A stretch of DNA of 64,000 bases, taken from assembly GCA_034520885.1 (NCBI GenBank), contig JAXHNE010000009.1, forward strand, positions 66,431 through 130,430, read 5' to 3'. Position numbers and translations under genes: made by a program. Source of the stretch: Candidatus Saccharimonadota bacterium (GTDB lineage: Bacteria > Patescibacteriota > Saccharimonadia > Saccharimonadales > JAXHNE01). The notes below the pieces were generated by a model. That model saw only the letters and a list, made by a program, of their open reading frames with translations. It was not told where the DNA came from and did not search any database. Of the stretch, positions 52,653 to 62,799 are shown piece after piece; the first letter of the stretch is position 1, and every line of letters begins with the position of its first letter.

Positions 52653-53531
52653 TCATAGTAATCCTCCTTTCCGTAGAGCGTTTATTAATCGCGTTACCCC
52701 GATCCCGCCTCCGGAGCGTGGGATAAAGGGCAAGTCAAGAAACTGGTTCAGTTCAGCTTCTACTCGGTCTTTACCGAATAAATCAAACAGTTTTTGGGCA
52801 TATTTACCTTCTGATATGGTGTAGAATTCGTGCTTCATTTCTTTGACGCTACTGCTGCGTTCGGCGCTGCCGATGGTTTCGTGCCCGTGTAAGATGACGT
52901 CAATTTTATGGGCATGGTCTTTGTCGCTGAGCTTCATGTTCCAAAACGGTGAAGTATAAACCGGAAAGTTTTCCAAGAATAGTACCGGCCCGAAATCATG
53001 CTGCATTTTATTTTCGTGCTTATGGGTAAGTTCGTCAGTTTCGTAAAAGGAGGCAAGGTCATCGTAAGATTGGTAGTGGAAGTCACTTTGATATCCGAAC
53101 CCAAGGTATACAAGGAGTTCGGTTTCGAAAGCGCGAAGCTCCTTTATGCCTCCTTGTATTTCAAACTCGAACATGGGGAAGATGAGTTTATGACGCCCGG
53201 GAACCGGGTCCGGCTCGTTACGATAGCTGGTACTGACACAGAATACTCCGGGTAGGTCTGGTTGTGTCAGAAGTTCGTATTCCAGCCACATTTGGCCGGT
53301 TTGCGGCAGAGGCCAGGTTTCGTCCATATATTCGTAAGTGGCCACAGTTTCCGGATCTTCGCAAGCCGCTAAGATGCTTAGGCGATCTTGGGTGTGCGCT
53401 TCGACGAAGCCCTTATCCAGGCAAAACCGCCGTAGTTTATTTATGACTTTACTAAAAGCGGGCGTATCTTCTACGCCGCGGTAGTTTTCTACCATATCTA
53501 CCTCCTTGGTTGTTAATTGTTTTTGATGCAT
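52653..53531 (-). CDS. class II aminoacyl-tRNA-synthetase catalytic-core paralog (AsnA/AsnRS-like or EpmA-like)
   Basis: motif 1 FCLDKGFVEAHT, motif 2 YRNEPDPVPGRHKLIFPMFEFE, motif 3 GGGIGVTRL; no anticodon-binding domain. Confidence 0.7.
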   Translation of the reverse strand: MHQKQLTTKEVDMVENYRGVEDTPAFSKVINKLRRFCLDKGFVEAHTQDRLSILAACEDPETVATYEYMDETWPLPQTGQMWLEYELLTQPDLPGVFCVSTSYRNEPDPVPGRHKLIFPMFEFEIQGGIKELRAFETELLVYLGFGYQSDFHYQSYDDLASFYETDELTHKHENKMQHDFGPVLFLENFPVYTSPFWNMKLSDKDHAHKIDVILHGHETIGSAERSSSVKEMKHEFYTISEGKYAQKLFDLFGKDRVEAELNQFLDLPFIPRSGGGIGVTRLINALRKGGLL

Positions 53532-53814
53532 AAAAAAACGACCCCGGAGGGCCGTTTCTTATAAAAAAGAGCTTCCCGCTCTTCATGTCAGGAAGCCTTT
53601 ATATTTATACATCTCGGTATACTTTAGCACAAGCGAATCACTTTGCAAGTTTTTACGATTTTTAGCGTGTATGAATTCAACTACTTTGCTTCGGTTACTA
53701 CCGTTCAACTTACGCGTTGCTCATCGTAGTTCCGGCACTATATTATGCCAAAATGCCAAAATAAGCTAAAATAACAGAGAGAAATATCATTGAATAACTG
53801 GTGTTTCCTGGACT

Positions 53815-53912
53815 TTGCATTAGGATGCAGCACGCGGAAGAAGCGAGCAACGCAGTAAGCCGTATATTAATACGGTGCACGAGTAGCACAGCTTCTGACA
53901 AAGTGATGCGCC
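53815..53912 (+). repeat. yebC 5'-leader element, paralog of 37920-38017
   Basis: ttgcattaggatgcagc ... tgacaaagtgatgcgcc, 81-nt spacing. Confidence 0.6.
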
Positions 53913-53975
53913 TAAAGCGCTTGCGGAGCTTTTGGCTCTGCCGAAAGCCAGGCAAACGCGGTGCAAAGGATCAGG

Positions 53976-54677
53976 ATGGCCGGACACAATAAATGGAGCA
54001 AAATTAAGCGTGGCAAAGCGGTAGAAGACGCCAAACGCGGCGCCGTATTCACCAAACTGGGCAATCAAATTGCCTTGGCGGCACGCAATGGATCCGATCC
54101 GGACATGAACCCTTCGTTGGCTTTGGCCATTGAAAAAGCCAAAAAAGCCAACATGCCCAAAAACAATATTGAACGTTCCATCGCGCGCGTGAGTGACAAA
54201 AATGCCGCCCAGTTGCAGGAGGTGATGTACGAAGGATACGGGCCGGGCGGAGTGGCGATCATCGTGGAATGCGCCACCGATAATTTAAATCGTACGTATC
54301 CGGAAGTGCGTACCGTGTTTTCCAAGCGTGGCGGGAACATCGCGGAAAAAGGCGCGGTAGCCTTTCAGTTCGACCGCAAAGGCGTTATCCGGGTAAAAGC
54401 CACGGGCGAAGAAGCCATGCTCACCGTGATTGATGCCGGCGCGGAAGACGCCTACGAGGACGACGGGGAAATGACGGTGATTACCGACCCCAAACAGCTC
54501 GCCCAGGTGCGAGACGGAATCAAAGACGCCGGGCTGGAAGTTATTGACGCTGAACTATCCTACGAACCGAACATGACCGTGGATTTGGATGACGACCAGC
54601 AACAAAAAGTAGTAAACCTGCTGGAAGACTTGGAAGACCTGGACGACGTAGTGAATACCTATACGAACTTGGCATGA
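53976..54677 (+). CDS. yebC: YebC/PmpR family DNA-binding regulator
   Basis: MAGHNKWSKIKRGKA start and full family colinearity. Confidence 0.93.
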   Translation: MAGHNKWSKIKRGKAVEDAKRGAVFTKLGNQIALAARNGSDPDMNPSLALAIEKAKKANMPKNNIERSIARVSDKNAAQLQEVMYEGYGPGGVAIIVECATDNLNRTYPEVRTVFSKRGGNIAEKGAVAFQFDRKGVIRVKATGEEAMLTVIDAGAEDAYEDDGEMTVITDPKQLAQVRDGIKDAGLEVIDAELSYEPNMTVDLDDDQQQKVVNLLEDLEDLDDVVNTYTNLA

Positions 54678-55199
54678 GTACCGAAGAAGAATTCGAGCTA
54701 ACGTTTCTTGCCTCTCGACTTCCGAGTGAAATAAAAAATAAAGATGCCGTCGAATACTCGGATATATATATCCCTGAAGATGCCGACTTTCCGGTTTTGC
54801 GTTTGCGGAAGAAGGGCGAAAACTTTGAGCTAACCAAAAAAGTGCCGATCGTAGAAGGTGATTATTCAAAACATGTCGAGGACACGATAGTGCTTAGTAA
54901 ATCTGAATTCCAATCACTCAAAAAGAGCAGCAACAGGAAAGTTGAAAAGTTGAGATATAGTTTCCAGAACCACGGTATCTTGCATGGAGGTTGACGTGTT
55001 TCAAGCGGAGCTCAAGGGGTTAGTGCTTATTGACTTTGAATTTAACCCAAAAACAGATATTAAAAAATTTTCTCCCCCCGAATTTTGTTTGGCAAACGTC
55101 ACCCAAGAAAGAACAATTCTGGGAGGACAATTAGCCGGTAAAAGCTATGAAGATCTGGAAACGTGGCTAGAAAAGTATAATTACAAAAAAATAGTATGA
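54674..55199 (+). pseudogene. CYTH-domain protein, frameshifted (two ORFs 54674-54994 and 54984-55199)
   Basis: EFELTFL start motif; KLRYSF...|shift|...EVDVFQAELKGLVLIDFEF continues the same domain. Confidence 0.6.
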
Positions 55200-55666
55200 A
55201 AGTCTTAGGGATTGATCCGGGGAGCGGGATTATCGGGTTTGGACTGGTGCAAAAGAACAAAAACCCGAAAATGCTTGACGCCGGAGTAATTAAAACCACC
55301 ATTGGGGATGACGTTGGCGCGCGCTTAAAAGAACTGCATGAGTCCATGCGCGAGCTGTGCGAGGAGCTAAAGCCGGATGTCGCCAGCGTGGAAAAGTTGT
55401 TTTTCGCGCAAAACGTGACCACCGGCATGGAGGTCGCCCAGGCCAGGGGCGTCATTTTGCTGGCTTTGCAGGAATCGAACGTTCCGATATACGAGTACAC
55501 ACCACTGCAGATAAAAATGGCCATGACTGGGTACGGCCGGGCAACCAAAGCGCAAATACAGGAAATGGTGCGCGTGCAACTTAATTTAAAAGCCAAACCC
55601 AAACCCGACGATTGCGCCGACGCCCTAGCCGCCGCGCTTACCTACGTTGCGACAATAAAGTCATAG
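55196..55666 (+). CDS. ruvC: crossover junction endodeoxyribonuclease RuvC
   Basis: VLGIDPGSGIIGFG, EYTPLQIK, DDCADALAAAL. Confidence 0.92.
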   Translation: MKVLGIDPGSGIIGFGLVQKNKNPKMLDAGVIKTTIGDDVGARLKELHESMRELCEELKPDVASVEKLFFAQNVTTGMEVAQARGVILLALQESNVPIYEYTPLQIKMAMTGYGRATKAQIQEMVRVQLNLKAKPKPDDCADALAAALTYVATIKS

Positions 55667-55669
55667 GTT

Positions 55670-55702
55670 AACTCCGAGTTAAATCCGAGTTAACTCGGAG
55701 TT
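55670..55702. repeat. palindromic element copy 2 (13-bp stem, 7-nt loop)
   Basis: aactccgagttaa-atccgag-ttaactcggagtt; same core as 13958-14000. Confidence 0.9.
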
Positions 55703-55770
55703 CATAAAAAGCCGGGCGTTTGGAACGGCTCACTACTCAGGCAAGGTGATTTAAGGTACAATACGCCTAC

Positions 55771-56346
55771 ATGATTGCACGTATTCACGGGGACGTAATT
55801 GAACATGACGGGTCGCACATAATCGTGGATTGCGGCGGCGTTGGTTATGGAATAGAAGTTGCCGTGGACGAGCAATCCACCCTGCCCGTTGGCACGAAGG
55901 CCAATCTCTACATTGCCGAAAACATTAAAGAGGACGCACACGAACTATTCGGATTCGCTAAAAAAACCCGCAAGCTTTTATTTGATTTACTAATCAGCGT
56001 TAATGGGGTCGGCCCAAAAGCGGCCATGGCCATAATGAATATTGGAAGCGAAGGACAGGTGAGGGGGGCGATCGCGAACGGTGATACCAAATTTATTACG
56101 GCGGCCAAAGGCATAGGCAAACGGGTGGCCGAACGAATAGTGGTCGATCTGAAAAACAAAGTCGGGCTGGAAGCCACGGATTCCGCGACCGACTTCCTGA
56201 GCCAAACCACCGCCAGTGACGAAGCCGTGCAAGCGCTGGTATCGCTGGGGTATACCAGCCAGGACGCCGTAGAGCGGCTGCGTGGCGTCGACCGCGAACT
56301 CCCCACCAGTGACCGCATAAAACAAGCATTGAAAGGTCATTCATGA
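55771..56346 (+). CDS. ruvA: Holliday junction DNA helicase subunit RuvA
   Basis: MIARIHG..., HhH motifs VNGVGPKAAMAIM / AKGIGKRVAERI. Confidence 0.9.
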   Translation: MIARIHGDVIEHDGSHIIVDCGGVGYGIEVAVDEQSTLPVGTKANLYIAENIKEDAHELFGFAKKTRKLLFDLLISVNGVGPKAAMAIMNIGSEGQVRGAIANGDTKFITAAKGIGKRVAERIVVDLKNKVGLEATDSATDFLSQTTASDEAVQALVSLGYTSQDAVERLRGVDRELPTSDRIKQALKGHS

Positions 56347-56864
56347 AGACTATTCTTTTTATGGCAATTTCACCCAACGGGTTAATCGCAAGAGAAAACG
56401 GAGATGAAGATTGGCTTCTTTCGGAAAATTGGGATGATTTTCTTATAGTTGCCAAGCAGTGTGGAAACATTGTTATGGGTAGAGAAACATATGAGATCGT
56501 GACTCGTATGTACAAAAACTATAATTTTGATTCTGTAGACGTAGATACAAAACTCATCGTGACCACTAATTCAAAGTTTCAGGTACCTGCAGGTTATAAA
56601 ATAGTTGTCAGTCCCGAGGAGGCCAGAGATTTTGTTAAAAGTAAAAATTTTGACAACTTACTCTTATTGGGTGGGGGTAAACTAAATAGTTCGTTCATGA
56701 AAAAAGGACTCGTTGATAAGATTCACCTAACAATCAACCCCTACGTGTTGGGTAAAGGCCGACCCTTTTTATGGCCAGAAAATTTTGAGTATGAGCTAAA
56801 ATTAGAAAGCTGTGAGAATACTTCAAAAGATAGAGTATCTTTAAAGTACGAGGTTATTAAATAA
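56343..56864 (+). CDS. dihydrofolate reductase family (RibD C-terminal-like) protein
   Basis: AISPNGLIA, VMGRETYE, LLGGGKLN, LVDKIHLTINPYVLGKG. Confidence 0.75.
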   Translation: MKTILFMAISPNGLIARENGDEDWLLSENWDDFLIVAKQCGNIVMGRETYEIVTRMYKNYNFDSVDVDTKLIVTTNSKFQVPAGYKIVVSPEEARDFVKSKNFDNLLLLGGGKLNSSFMKKGLVDKIHLTINPYVLGKGRPFLWPENFEYELKLESCENTSKDRVSLKYEVIK

Positions 56865-57196
56865 TGCAATTCGTAATCATTGGTTTAGACGGGACAGATA
56901 ATGAAGCGCCCGCTCGTCGTCAGAAAGTAAGACAAGACCATATCAAAAAAGGTGACGAATTGCTTGCATCTGGTAATTTGTGGTATGGAGCCGCACTTTT
57001 GCACGATGACGGGAGTATGAAGGGCTCGATGTACGTTATGTACTTTGATAATCAAGAAGACTTTGATGACTACCTCAAAACCGAACCCTATGTCGTTGGA
57101 GATGTTTGGAAAGATATTACTGTACATAAATCGAACACAAGAGATCCTTGGCAGTTCAACAGAAGTGAAGAGTGGTTTAAGGAGACTGAAAAATAA
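56864..57196 (+). CDS. YciI-like protein
   Basis: 110 aa; R..HI..G..L..G....G...GS.....F.......DPY pattern. Confidence 0.7.
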   Translation: MQFVIIGLDGTDNEAPARRQKVRQDHIKKGDELLASGNLWYGAALLHDDGSMKGSMYVMYFDNQEDFDDYLKTEPYVVGDVWKDITVHKSNTRDPWQFNRSEEWFKETEK

Positions 57197-58239
57197 TGGC
57201 GATTGAGCGAATTGTTGACCCGAGCCAAAACGATGACCAAGCTGATCAGGACGAGCAACGCATTGAAAATGTGCTGCGCCCGAAAGACTTTAAAAACTAC
57301 ATCGGTCAAGAGAAAATTAAGAAAAATTTGCAAGTTGCCATTGCCGCCGCCAAAAAGCGCGGCGAACCGATTGATCACGTGCTTTTATACGGTCCGCCCG
57401 GACTTGGTAAAACCACGCTGGCCAGTATTATCGCAAATGAAATGGGCGCGCAAATCCGCGTGACCAGCGGTCCGGCCATTGATCGCGCGGCGGATTTGGC
57501 CAGTATTCTGACTAACCTGGGCGATGGTGACGTGTTATTCATTGATGAAATACACCGCCTGAACCGCAGCGTGGAAGAAGTGCTGTATTCCGCCATGGAA
57601 GATTACGCCATTGATATTATGCTCGGCAAAGGGCCGAGTGCCCGGAGCTTACGGCTGGACGTACCGAAATTTACCTTGATCGGCGCGACCACCAGAACCG
57701 GCGCGTTGGCGGCGCCACTGCGTGATCGGTTCGGTATGTTGCATCGTTTGGAATACTACACGCCGGAGGAAATTGCAAAAATTGTGCAAAGATCGGCAAA
57801 ACTGCTTGAAGCCCACCTGAAACCCGAGGCCGCGGACTTGCTTTCCACGCGATCACGCCTTACGCCACGAGTGGCCAACCGGCTCCTCAAGCGCGTCCGT
57901 GATTATGCCGACGTCAACGGTGATGGCATAATCGATAATCACATCAGCGAAAAAGCGTTGGAGTTACTGGAGGTCGACGCTCATGGCCTGGACGCCGCCG
58001 ACCGAATGTTGATTAACGCGATCATTGATAATCACGGGGGCGGCCCGGTCGGGTTGAATACGCTGGCCGCAATGCTGGGCGATGAAATCAGCACCGTAGA
58101 AGATTTTTACGAACCGTATCTTTTACAAATTGGCTTTTTGGAACGAACACCGCGCGGCCGGAAAGTAACCCACAAAGCTTATAAACATGTCGGTAAAACT
58201 AAACAAAAAGACGGCAGCGACCAAGAATCTTTGTTGTAA
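57196..58239 (+). CDS. ruvB: Holliday junction DNA helicase RuvB
   Basis: [29 protein letters not shown], full colinearity. Confidence 0.95.
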   Translation: MAIERIVDPSQNDDQADQDEQRIENVLRPKDFKNYIGQEKIKKNLQVAIAAAKKRGEPIDHVLLYGPPGLGKTTLASIIANEMGAQIRVTSGPAIDRAADLASILTNLGDGDVLFIDEIHRLNRSVEEVLYSAMEDYAIDIMLGKGPSARSLRLDVPKFTLIGATTRTGALAAPLRDRFGMLHRLEYYTPEEIAKIVQRSAKLLEAHLKPEAADLLSTRSRLTPRVANRLLKRVRDYADVNGDGIIDNHISEKALELLEVDAHGLDAADRMLINAIIDNHGGGPVGLNTLAAMLGDEISTVEDFYEPYLLQIGFLERTPRGRKVTHKAYKHVGKTKQKDGSDQESLL

Positions 58240-58324
58240 TACGAAGCTAAGTAGAGAAACGAGCGCAATTGGTGGAGCATACCAAGAAAAGTCGAGAAAC
58301 ACGGTAGTAGTTAGCTAATTTTTG

Positions 58325-58618
58325 CTATTCGTCGAATGGGTTGTTGCGGGTTTCTTCGTAAAGTGCCCGGACGTCAACGTTTTCTTCGGTGAGTTCCCTC
58401 ATGCGATCCAGCGCTTGTTGGTCCAAATCCAACCGTTTAACGGTTTCTAATTCGTCTTCTACCGCGCCGGAAGCGGGTTGCTTGGTATTCAAGCCGTTTA
58501 TGTAAAATAATAGATAAACGTAAATGACGGCGAAAAGTAGCAAGAACAGAACGAGCCGGAAACGGCGGACAAAGGCGAGAATTTTATCGGTGGGGAGTTT
58601 GTTAAGTTGTATTTTCAT
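58325..58618 (-). CDS. small membrane protein in the pilus operon, hypothetical
   Basis: 97 aa, one TM, overlaps the pilO-like stop/start. Confidence 0.5.
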   Translation of the reverse strand: MKIQLNKLPTDKILAFVRRFRLVLFLLLFAVIYVYLLFYINGLNTKQPASGAVEDELETVKRLDLDQQALDRMRELTEENVDVRALYEETRNNPFDE

Positions 58619-59202
58619 GACTTAATAAATACCAAAATGTTTAGATTCGCTTTGAGTAACCTTTCGGAACCTTCTTCTTGGGGGGTGATCGTGATGGAGG
58701 AAATCGCGGAAGTTCGGCGGTTGTTTTCCAGCCCGTCCAAAAAGCTTACCAGTGATTCGTAAGTTATGGCGTTATCGATGGCGACATTTAATTCCAGTTG
58801 GGATATACCCGGTATCCCTGGCACCGATTCGAGCTGTGTTTTGTTGATATCGGTAGTATCTTTTTCGCCCAGTGAGGAGCTCGGGAAGGCGATACTGGAA
58901 ATACTGGTGCCGGTTTGCCCGGCAATGGAAACGATCTCACGGATGGTGCGCGCTTGGTCCTTTTCTTGCGGAACGATTGATTCGGCAACGGCTCGTAAGG
59001 ATTTATACTCGTCGATTTCTTTTTTGGCTTCCGCGAGAGAACGTTCTTGCTCTTCGAGCGCCGTATTTTTTACTTTGAGCTCATCCAGCTCCGAGGTTTT
59101 GGTGGCCAATAACGAGCGCCCGAAGTACACGCTGGCAACGCCTGATACAACGAGCAGTAAAACAACGACTAATAACACGGCATGGAATCGCTTGCTATTC
59201 AT
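58615..59202 (-). CDS. pilO: PilO-like pilus assembly protein
   Basis: N-terminal TM + coiled coil, position after pilN. Confidence 0.55.
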   Translation of the reverse strand: MNSKRFHAVLLVVVLLLVVSGVASVYFGRSLLATKTSELDELKVKNTALEEQERSLAEAKKEIDEYKSLRAVAESIVPQEKDQARTIREIVSIAGQTGTSISSIAFPSSSLGEKDTTDINKTQLESVPGIPGISQLELNVAIDNAITYESLVSFLDGLENNRRTSAISSITITPQEEGSERLLKANLNILVFIKS

Positions 59203-59791
59203 CGGCTTGCTCCACGGTTTGGTTTATGAATAAGAACTGGCTGTCGTCATCGAATAAAGCACGCAGGTTTACGGTACACGGGTATTCGTTCTCCGGTGTG
59301 TTGCAATTAATACTGGTAATGTCGGCGTCGGTAAACACGCCGTTTTCCGGATCGGCCAAGTTGACCTGTATCTGCGTAGCCGATTCGTAGTTTTTGGCCT
59401 TGGCGGTGAGGTCGATACCACCGTCAAATTCTTCAATGCTAACGCCCTCCAGAACGGCATCTTCCGGAATGACCGCCCCGATTTTTTGTAATAGATCGGA
59501 GAACAACACTTTCCGCTCGAGCGCTTTAATGGCCAGCTGGATACTGGTGTCGATTTCTTCGGTTTGGGTTTGTACGCCGTCCAGGTCTTGCTCTTTCAGC
59601 CGTTGCTGGGCATCGGCTATGTTTTGTTCTTGGATCGTTACGGAGCGTTCCAGCTGATAGTAGCCAAAACCAACAATCGCCCAAATGCCGACGATCCCAA
59701 TAATGAGGGCGATGATCCAGCGCACCAATGCCCGGTTTTTTAACCCATAGGAGTTGGCCTGCTTGTGTTCGGTGGGGAGTAAGTTAATCAT
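59195..59791 (-). CDS. pilN: PilN-like fimbrial assembly protein
   Basis: MINLLP start motif, TM, coiled coil. Confidence 0.75.
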   Translation of the reverse strand: MINLLPTEHKQANSYGLKNRALVRWIIALIIGIVGIWAIVGFGYYQLERSVTIQEQNIADAQQRLKEQDLDGVQTQTEEIDTSIQLAIKALERKVLFSDLLQKIGAVIPEDAVLEGVSIEEFDGGIDLTAKAKNYESATQIQVNLADPENGVFTDADITSINCNTPENEYPCTVNLRALFDDDSQFLFINQTVEQADE

Positions 59792-60855
59792 GCCTCATAC
59801 ACCTTACGGGGATCCATTAATGCCAATCCTGCCGCGGTAATGTACATGGACTTAAGTGCGGAGTTCGGGGGTTGTAATTTGCCGAAAGTGAGCACTTGCC
59901 ACGGGTCGCATAAACGAACTGGTAAACGAAGCGCGCTGGTCATGTAATCGGACAAACCCGGCATATTGGCGCCACCGCCCAATACCACGATTTGGCCGAT
60001 TTTTTTACCTTGTTCGGAGCGTTCTTCGTAGTAGCGCATAACCCGCCGGACTTCTTTAATAATTTGCGCCAGAATCGGCTCCAGACTCTCGTTGATTTCT
60101 TTTTGTTTTTTACTGAGACTCAGGCCGTACTTGGTTTTAATGATATCGGCTTCTCGCTCGCTCACGCCGAGTTTTTTAGCGATCAAGTCGGTAAACGTAT
60201 CGCCTCCCCCCGGAACGGTCCCGGTAACCACCAGGCTTTTATCGTAAATGGTGATGTCCGATGAAATTGAGCCGAAATCAATCAACACCGTGGGAATATC
60301 GTTGTCTTCGGCCTCGAAAAACAGGCGGCCATCCGCGGCAATGGTGGTTTCGATGCTGGCGACCTCAAAACCGACCAAGTGGGCAAAATCCATGTAAGAA
60401 TCCACGATCTTTCTCGGGGAAGCCACAATCAGTATGTCGGTGCCGTCAGACCTTTCGCTTAAAATTTCATGGTCGATGTAAAGTTCATCACTGGGCATAG
60501 GGATGTATTGGTCGACCTCGCTGTTAATGGCGCTTTGTAGATCCTTTTTGGAAAGCTTTGGCAGGGTAACGGCGCGGTTGTAGACTCTGGAAGCCGGTAT
60601 GGCAATGGCCGCCCGGTCGGTATTTATTTCCCCGACGATACCGTTTCTGAAAAAATTTTGCGTAACTTTGGCCAATTGAATGGGGTCTTCAATCACCCCG
60701 TCGTTAATAATTTTTTTATCGAACTTCGTGACCCCGTAGCCGGTCACCAACACCTTATTTTTACTGGCGCGTTCCAACTGCATGACTTTCAGGCTACTGA
60801 AGCCGATATCCAGTCCGAACAAGGGTTTATTTTTATAGAGTAGGGCTTTGGACAT
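59788..60855 (-). CDS. pilM: type IV pilus assembly protein PilM (actin-like ATPase fold)
   Basis: GLDIGFSSLKV, later GGGANMPGL; operon context. Confidence 0.85.
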   Translation of the reverse strand: MSKALLYKNKPLFGLDIGFSSLKVMQLERASKNKVLVTGYGVTKFDKKIINDGVIEDPIQLAKVTQNFFRNGIVGEINTDRAAIAIPASRVYNRAVTLPKLSKKDLQSAINSEVDQYIPMPSDELYIDHEILSERSDGTDILIVASPRKIVDSYMDFAHLVGFEVASIETTIAADGRLFFEAEDNDIPTVLIDFGSISSDITIYDKSLVVTGTVPGGGDTFTDLIAKKLGVSEREADIIKTKYGLSLSKKQKEINESLEPILAQIIKEVRRVMRYYEERSEQGKKIGQIVVLGGGANMPGLSDYMTSALRLPVRLCDPWQVLTFGKLQPPNSALKSMYITAAGLALMDPRKVYEA

Positions 60856-60978
60856 AGTTTGTTTTAAGCATAACCTTTATCGGTAGTAGTATAGCAGAGA
60901 CGGAGTGAAATTTCTCCCTAAACGAAAAGAGCTGCCGTTTTTTATGACAGCTCTTTTTCTTAGGCTTTTGGCGTTCGA

Positions 60979-61473
60979 TTATTCGTTGGCCAAGCCGATT
61001 TCGATGACATAGTTGTTACCGTCATCTTGCGCTTGCTCGGTGTAGGTGCCAAGCACGTAACCGGTACAATCATTCGTGCAGCCGGTTGGGTATGCGGCAT
61101 ACGCATAAGCCGCTGTGCCATCAGTATCATCGGTCACTGCGCCCGTAACGGCCGTTTCGGCGGCAGCTTCATCGGCAACGGCAGCGAGAATTTCGATGGA
61201 ATCACTACCACGTGGGTCTTCCAAAGCATCCTCTTCCGCATTAATGTCCGATGCGGTGAAGGTTTGTGGATACGCGTTATTGTCGTTGTGATAGACCTCG
61301 AGCTGCGTTCGGATACTACCGATATTTTGAATTCGTGCCGAGTCACGGGCTTGTGCCTGTGCTCCCTGGATGTTGGTTAGTACCAACCCTGCCAAAATGA
61401 CTATAATGGCGATTACGATCAAGAGTTCGATGATCGTGAAACCTTTCTTAACTTGTTTTAGTGACGTAAGCAT
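60979..61473 (-). CDS. type IV pilin (probable major pilin)
   Basis: KKGFTIIELLIVIAIIVILAGLV prepilin motif. Confidence 0.9.
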   Translation of the reverse strand: MLTSLKQVKKGFTIIELLIVIAIIVILAGLVLTNIQGAQAQARDSARIQNIGSIRTQLEVYHNDNNAYPQTFTASDINAEEDALEDPRGSDSIEILAAVADEAAAETAVTGAVTDDTDGTAAYAYAAYPTGCTNDCTGYVLGTYTEQAQDDGNNYVIEIGLANE

Positions 61474-61583
61474 GGGATGCCCACCCTCCTTATTGTTATG
61501 TGTTATGAAAACGTGAAGTCAGTTTTTGACTTATACCCATAGATTACCATAAGCATTACATTGTGCAAGTCATTTTTACGAGG

Positions 61584-62798
61584 TTAGATTTGCGAGGTAA
61601 GATTACTGATCGGCCCGATGACGCTTACGGCGATCAAAGCCACCATGCCGCCCATGATGACGATCATTATCGGCTCCAGAATGGAACTTAAGCTGTCCAC
61701 GACCGTGTCGACCTCCTCTTCGTAAAAATCGGCGACTTTTATAAGGATTTGATCGGTTTCTCCGGTTTCTTCACCGATGGCCATCATTTGGCTGACAATC
61801 GGGGGGAAAATTTTGCTGTCCTTTAGTGGCTCGGAAAGCTGTTTCCCGTTTTTCACTTGCTTAATGGCTTCGTTAAGTTCGTCCTCCACGACGGCATTAC
61901 CCACGGCCTTGGAGGTGGTTTCCAGGGTTTCGATAACCGTAACACCGGCCGTCATCAAAGAGGCGAAAATACGCGCGAAACGGGCGACGGACACCTTGAC
62001 CACTATCGTACCGAGCACCGGAATTTTTAATAAAAACTGATCCTTGCGCCGCCGGCCGGCTTCGGTTTTGATATAACGCCGTAGTGAGACAAAACCAACG
62101 AACAGACCGCCGATGATGAATATCCAATAATCCACCATGAACCCGCTTAAGGCCAGCATGACTTGCGTAAGTTGGGGGAGCTGAGCGTCCTCACCGGCCA
62201 AGTCGGTAATAATGCTACCGATCTTAGGCATGGCGATCAACATTAACCCCATGAATACCGCGAAGGTAATGGTGAGCAAAATGGCCGGATAAGTCATTGC
62301 CCCTTTGAATTTACTTCTTATTCTGGCGTCCTTTTCTTGTTGGATTGCCAGTTTTTTCAAGATTTCATCCAAAATACCACCGGCTTCACCGGCCCGTACC
62401 ATGTTGATATATATCAACGAAAAAGTGTCGGGGTGTTTTTCCAGCGCGTCAGCGAAAGAAATACCACCTTCGACCTCCTTGGTCACTTCGTTAATTTGCT
62501 CCCTAAGTGTGGGGTTATCGGTTTGTTCGGCCAGTGTGGCCAAAGAACGCACCAAGGGAACGCCGGCGTTAATCATGGTTGACAGTTGCCGGGTGAATAT
62601 CACCAAGTCTTTCAGTTTAATTTTTGGTTTGCCCAAGTGGAGGTTATTTAAATCCCACCCCTTCTTTTTGGGTTTTACTACCAGCGGGTGCAGGCCTTTA
62701 CGTTCCAGGGCCTGTCTGGCCGATTCTTCGTCGGAGGCGTCGATATCACCGGTAATACGTTTGTTGTCTTTGGAGATGGCGGTGTACGTATAAAGCAT
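61584..62798 (-). CDS. pilC: type IV pilus platform protein PilC (GspF family)
   Basis: duplicated T2SSF domains, 404 aa. Confidence 0.92.
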   Translation of the reverse strand: MLYTYTAISKDNKRITGDIDASDEESARQALERKGLHPLVVKPKKKGWDLNNLHLGKPKIKLKDLVIFTRQLSTMINAGVPLVRSLATLAEQTDNPTLREQINEVTKEVEGGISFADALEKHPDTFSLIYINMVRAGEAGGILDEILKKLAIQQEKDARIRSKFKGAMTYPAILLTITFAVFMGLMLIAMPKIGSIITDLAGEDAQLPQLTQVMLALSGFMVDYWIFIIGGLFVGFVSLRRYIKTEAGRRRKDQFLLKIPVLGTIVVKVSVARFARIFASLMTAGVTVIETLETTSKAVGNAVVEDELNEAIKQVKNGKQLSEPLKDSKIFPPIVSQMMAIGEETGETDQILIKVADFYEEEVDTVVDSLSSILEPIMIVIMGGMVALIAVSVIGPISNLTSQI

Positions 62799-62799
62799 A

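Noticed and set aside
53743-54068. Three 63-82-aa ORFs upstream of or overlapping the yebC start
   Set aside because: They lie in the structured leader shared with dnaK. There are no SD or -10 signals, and they mutually overlap on both strands.
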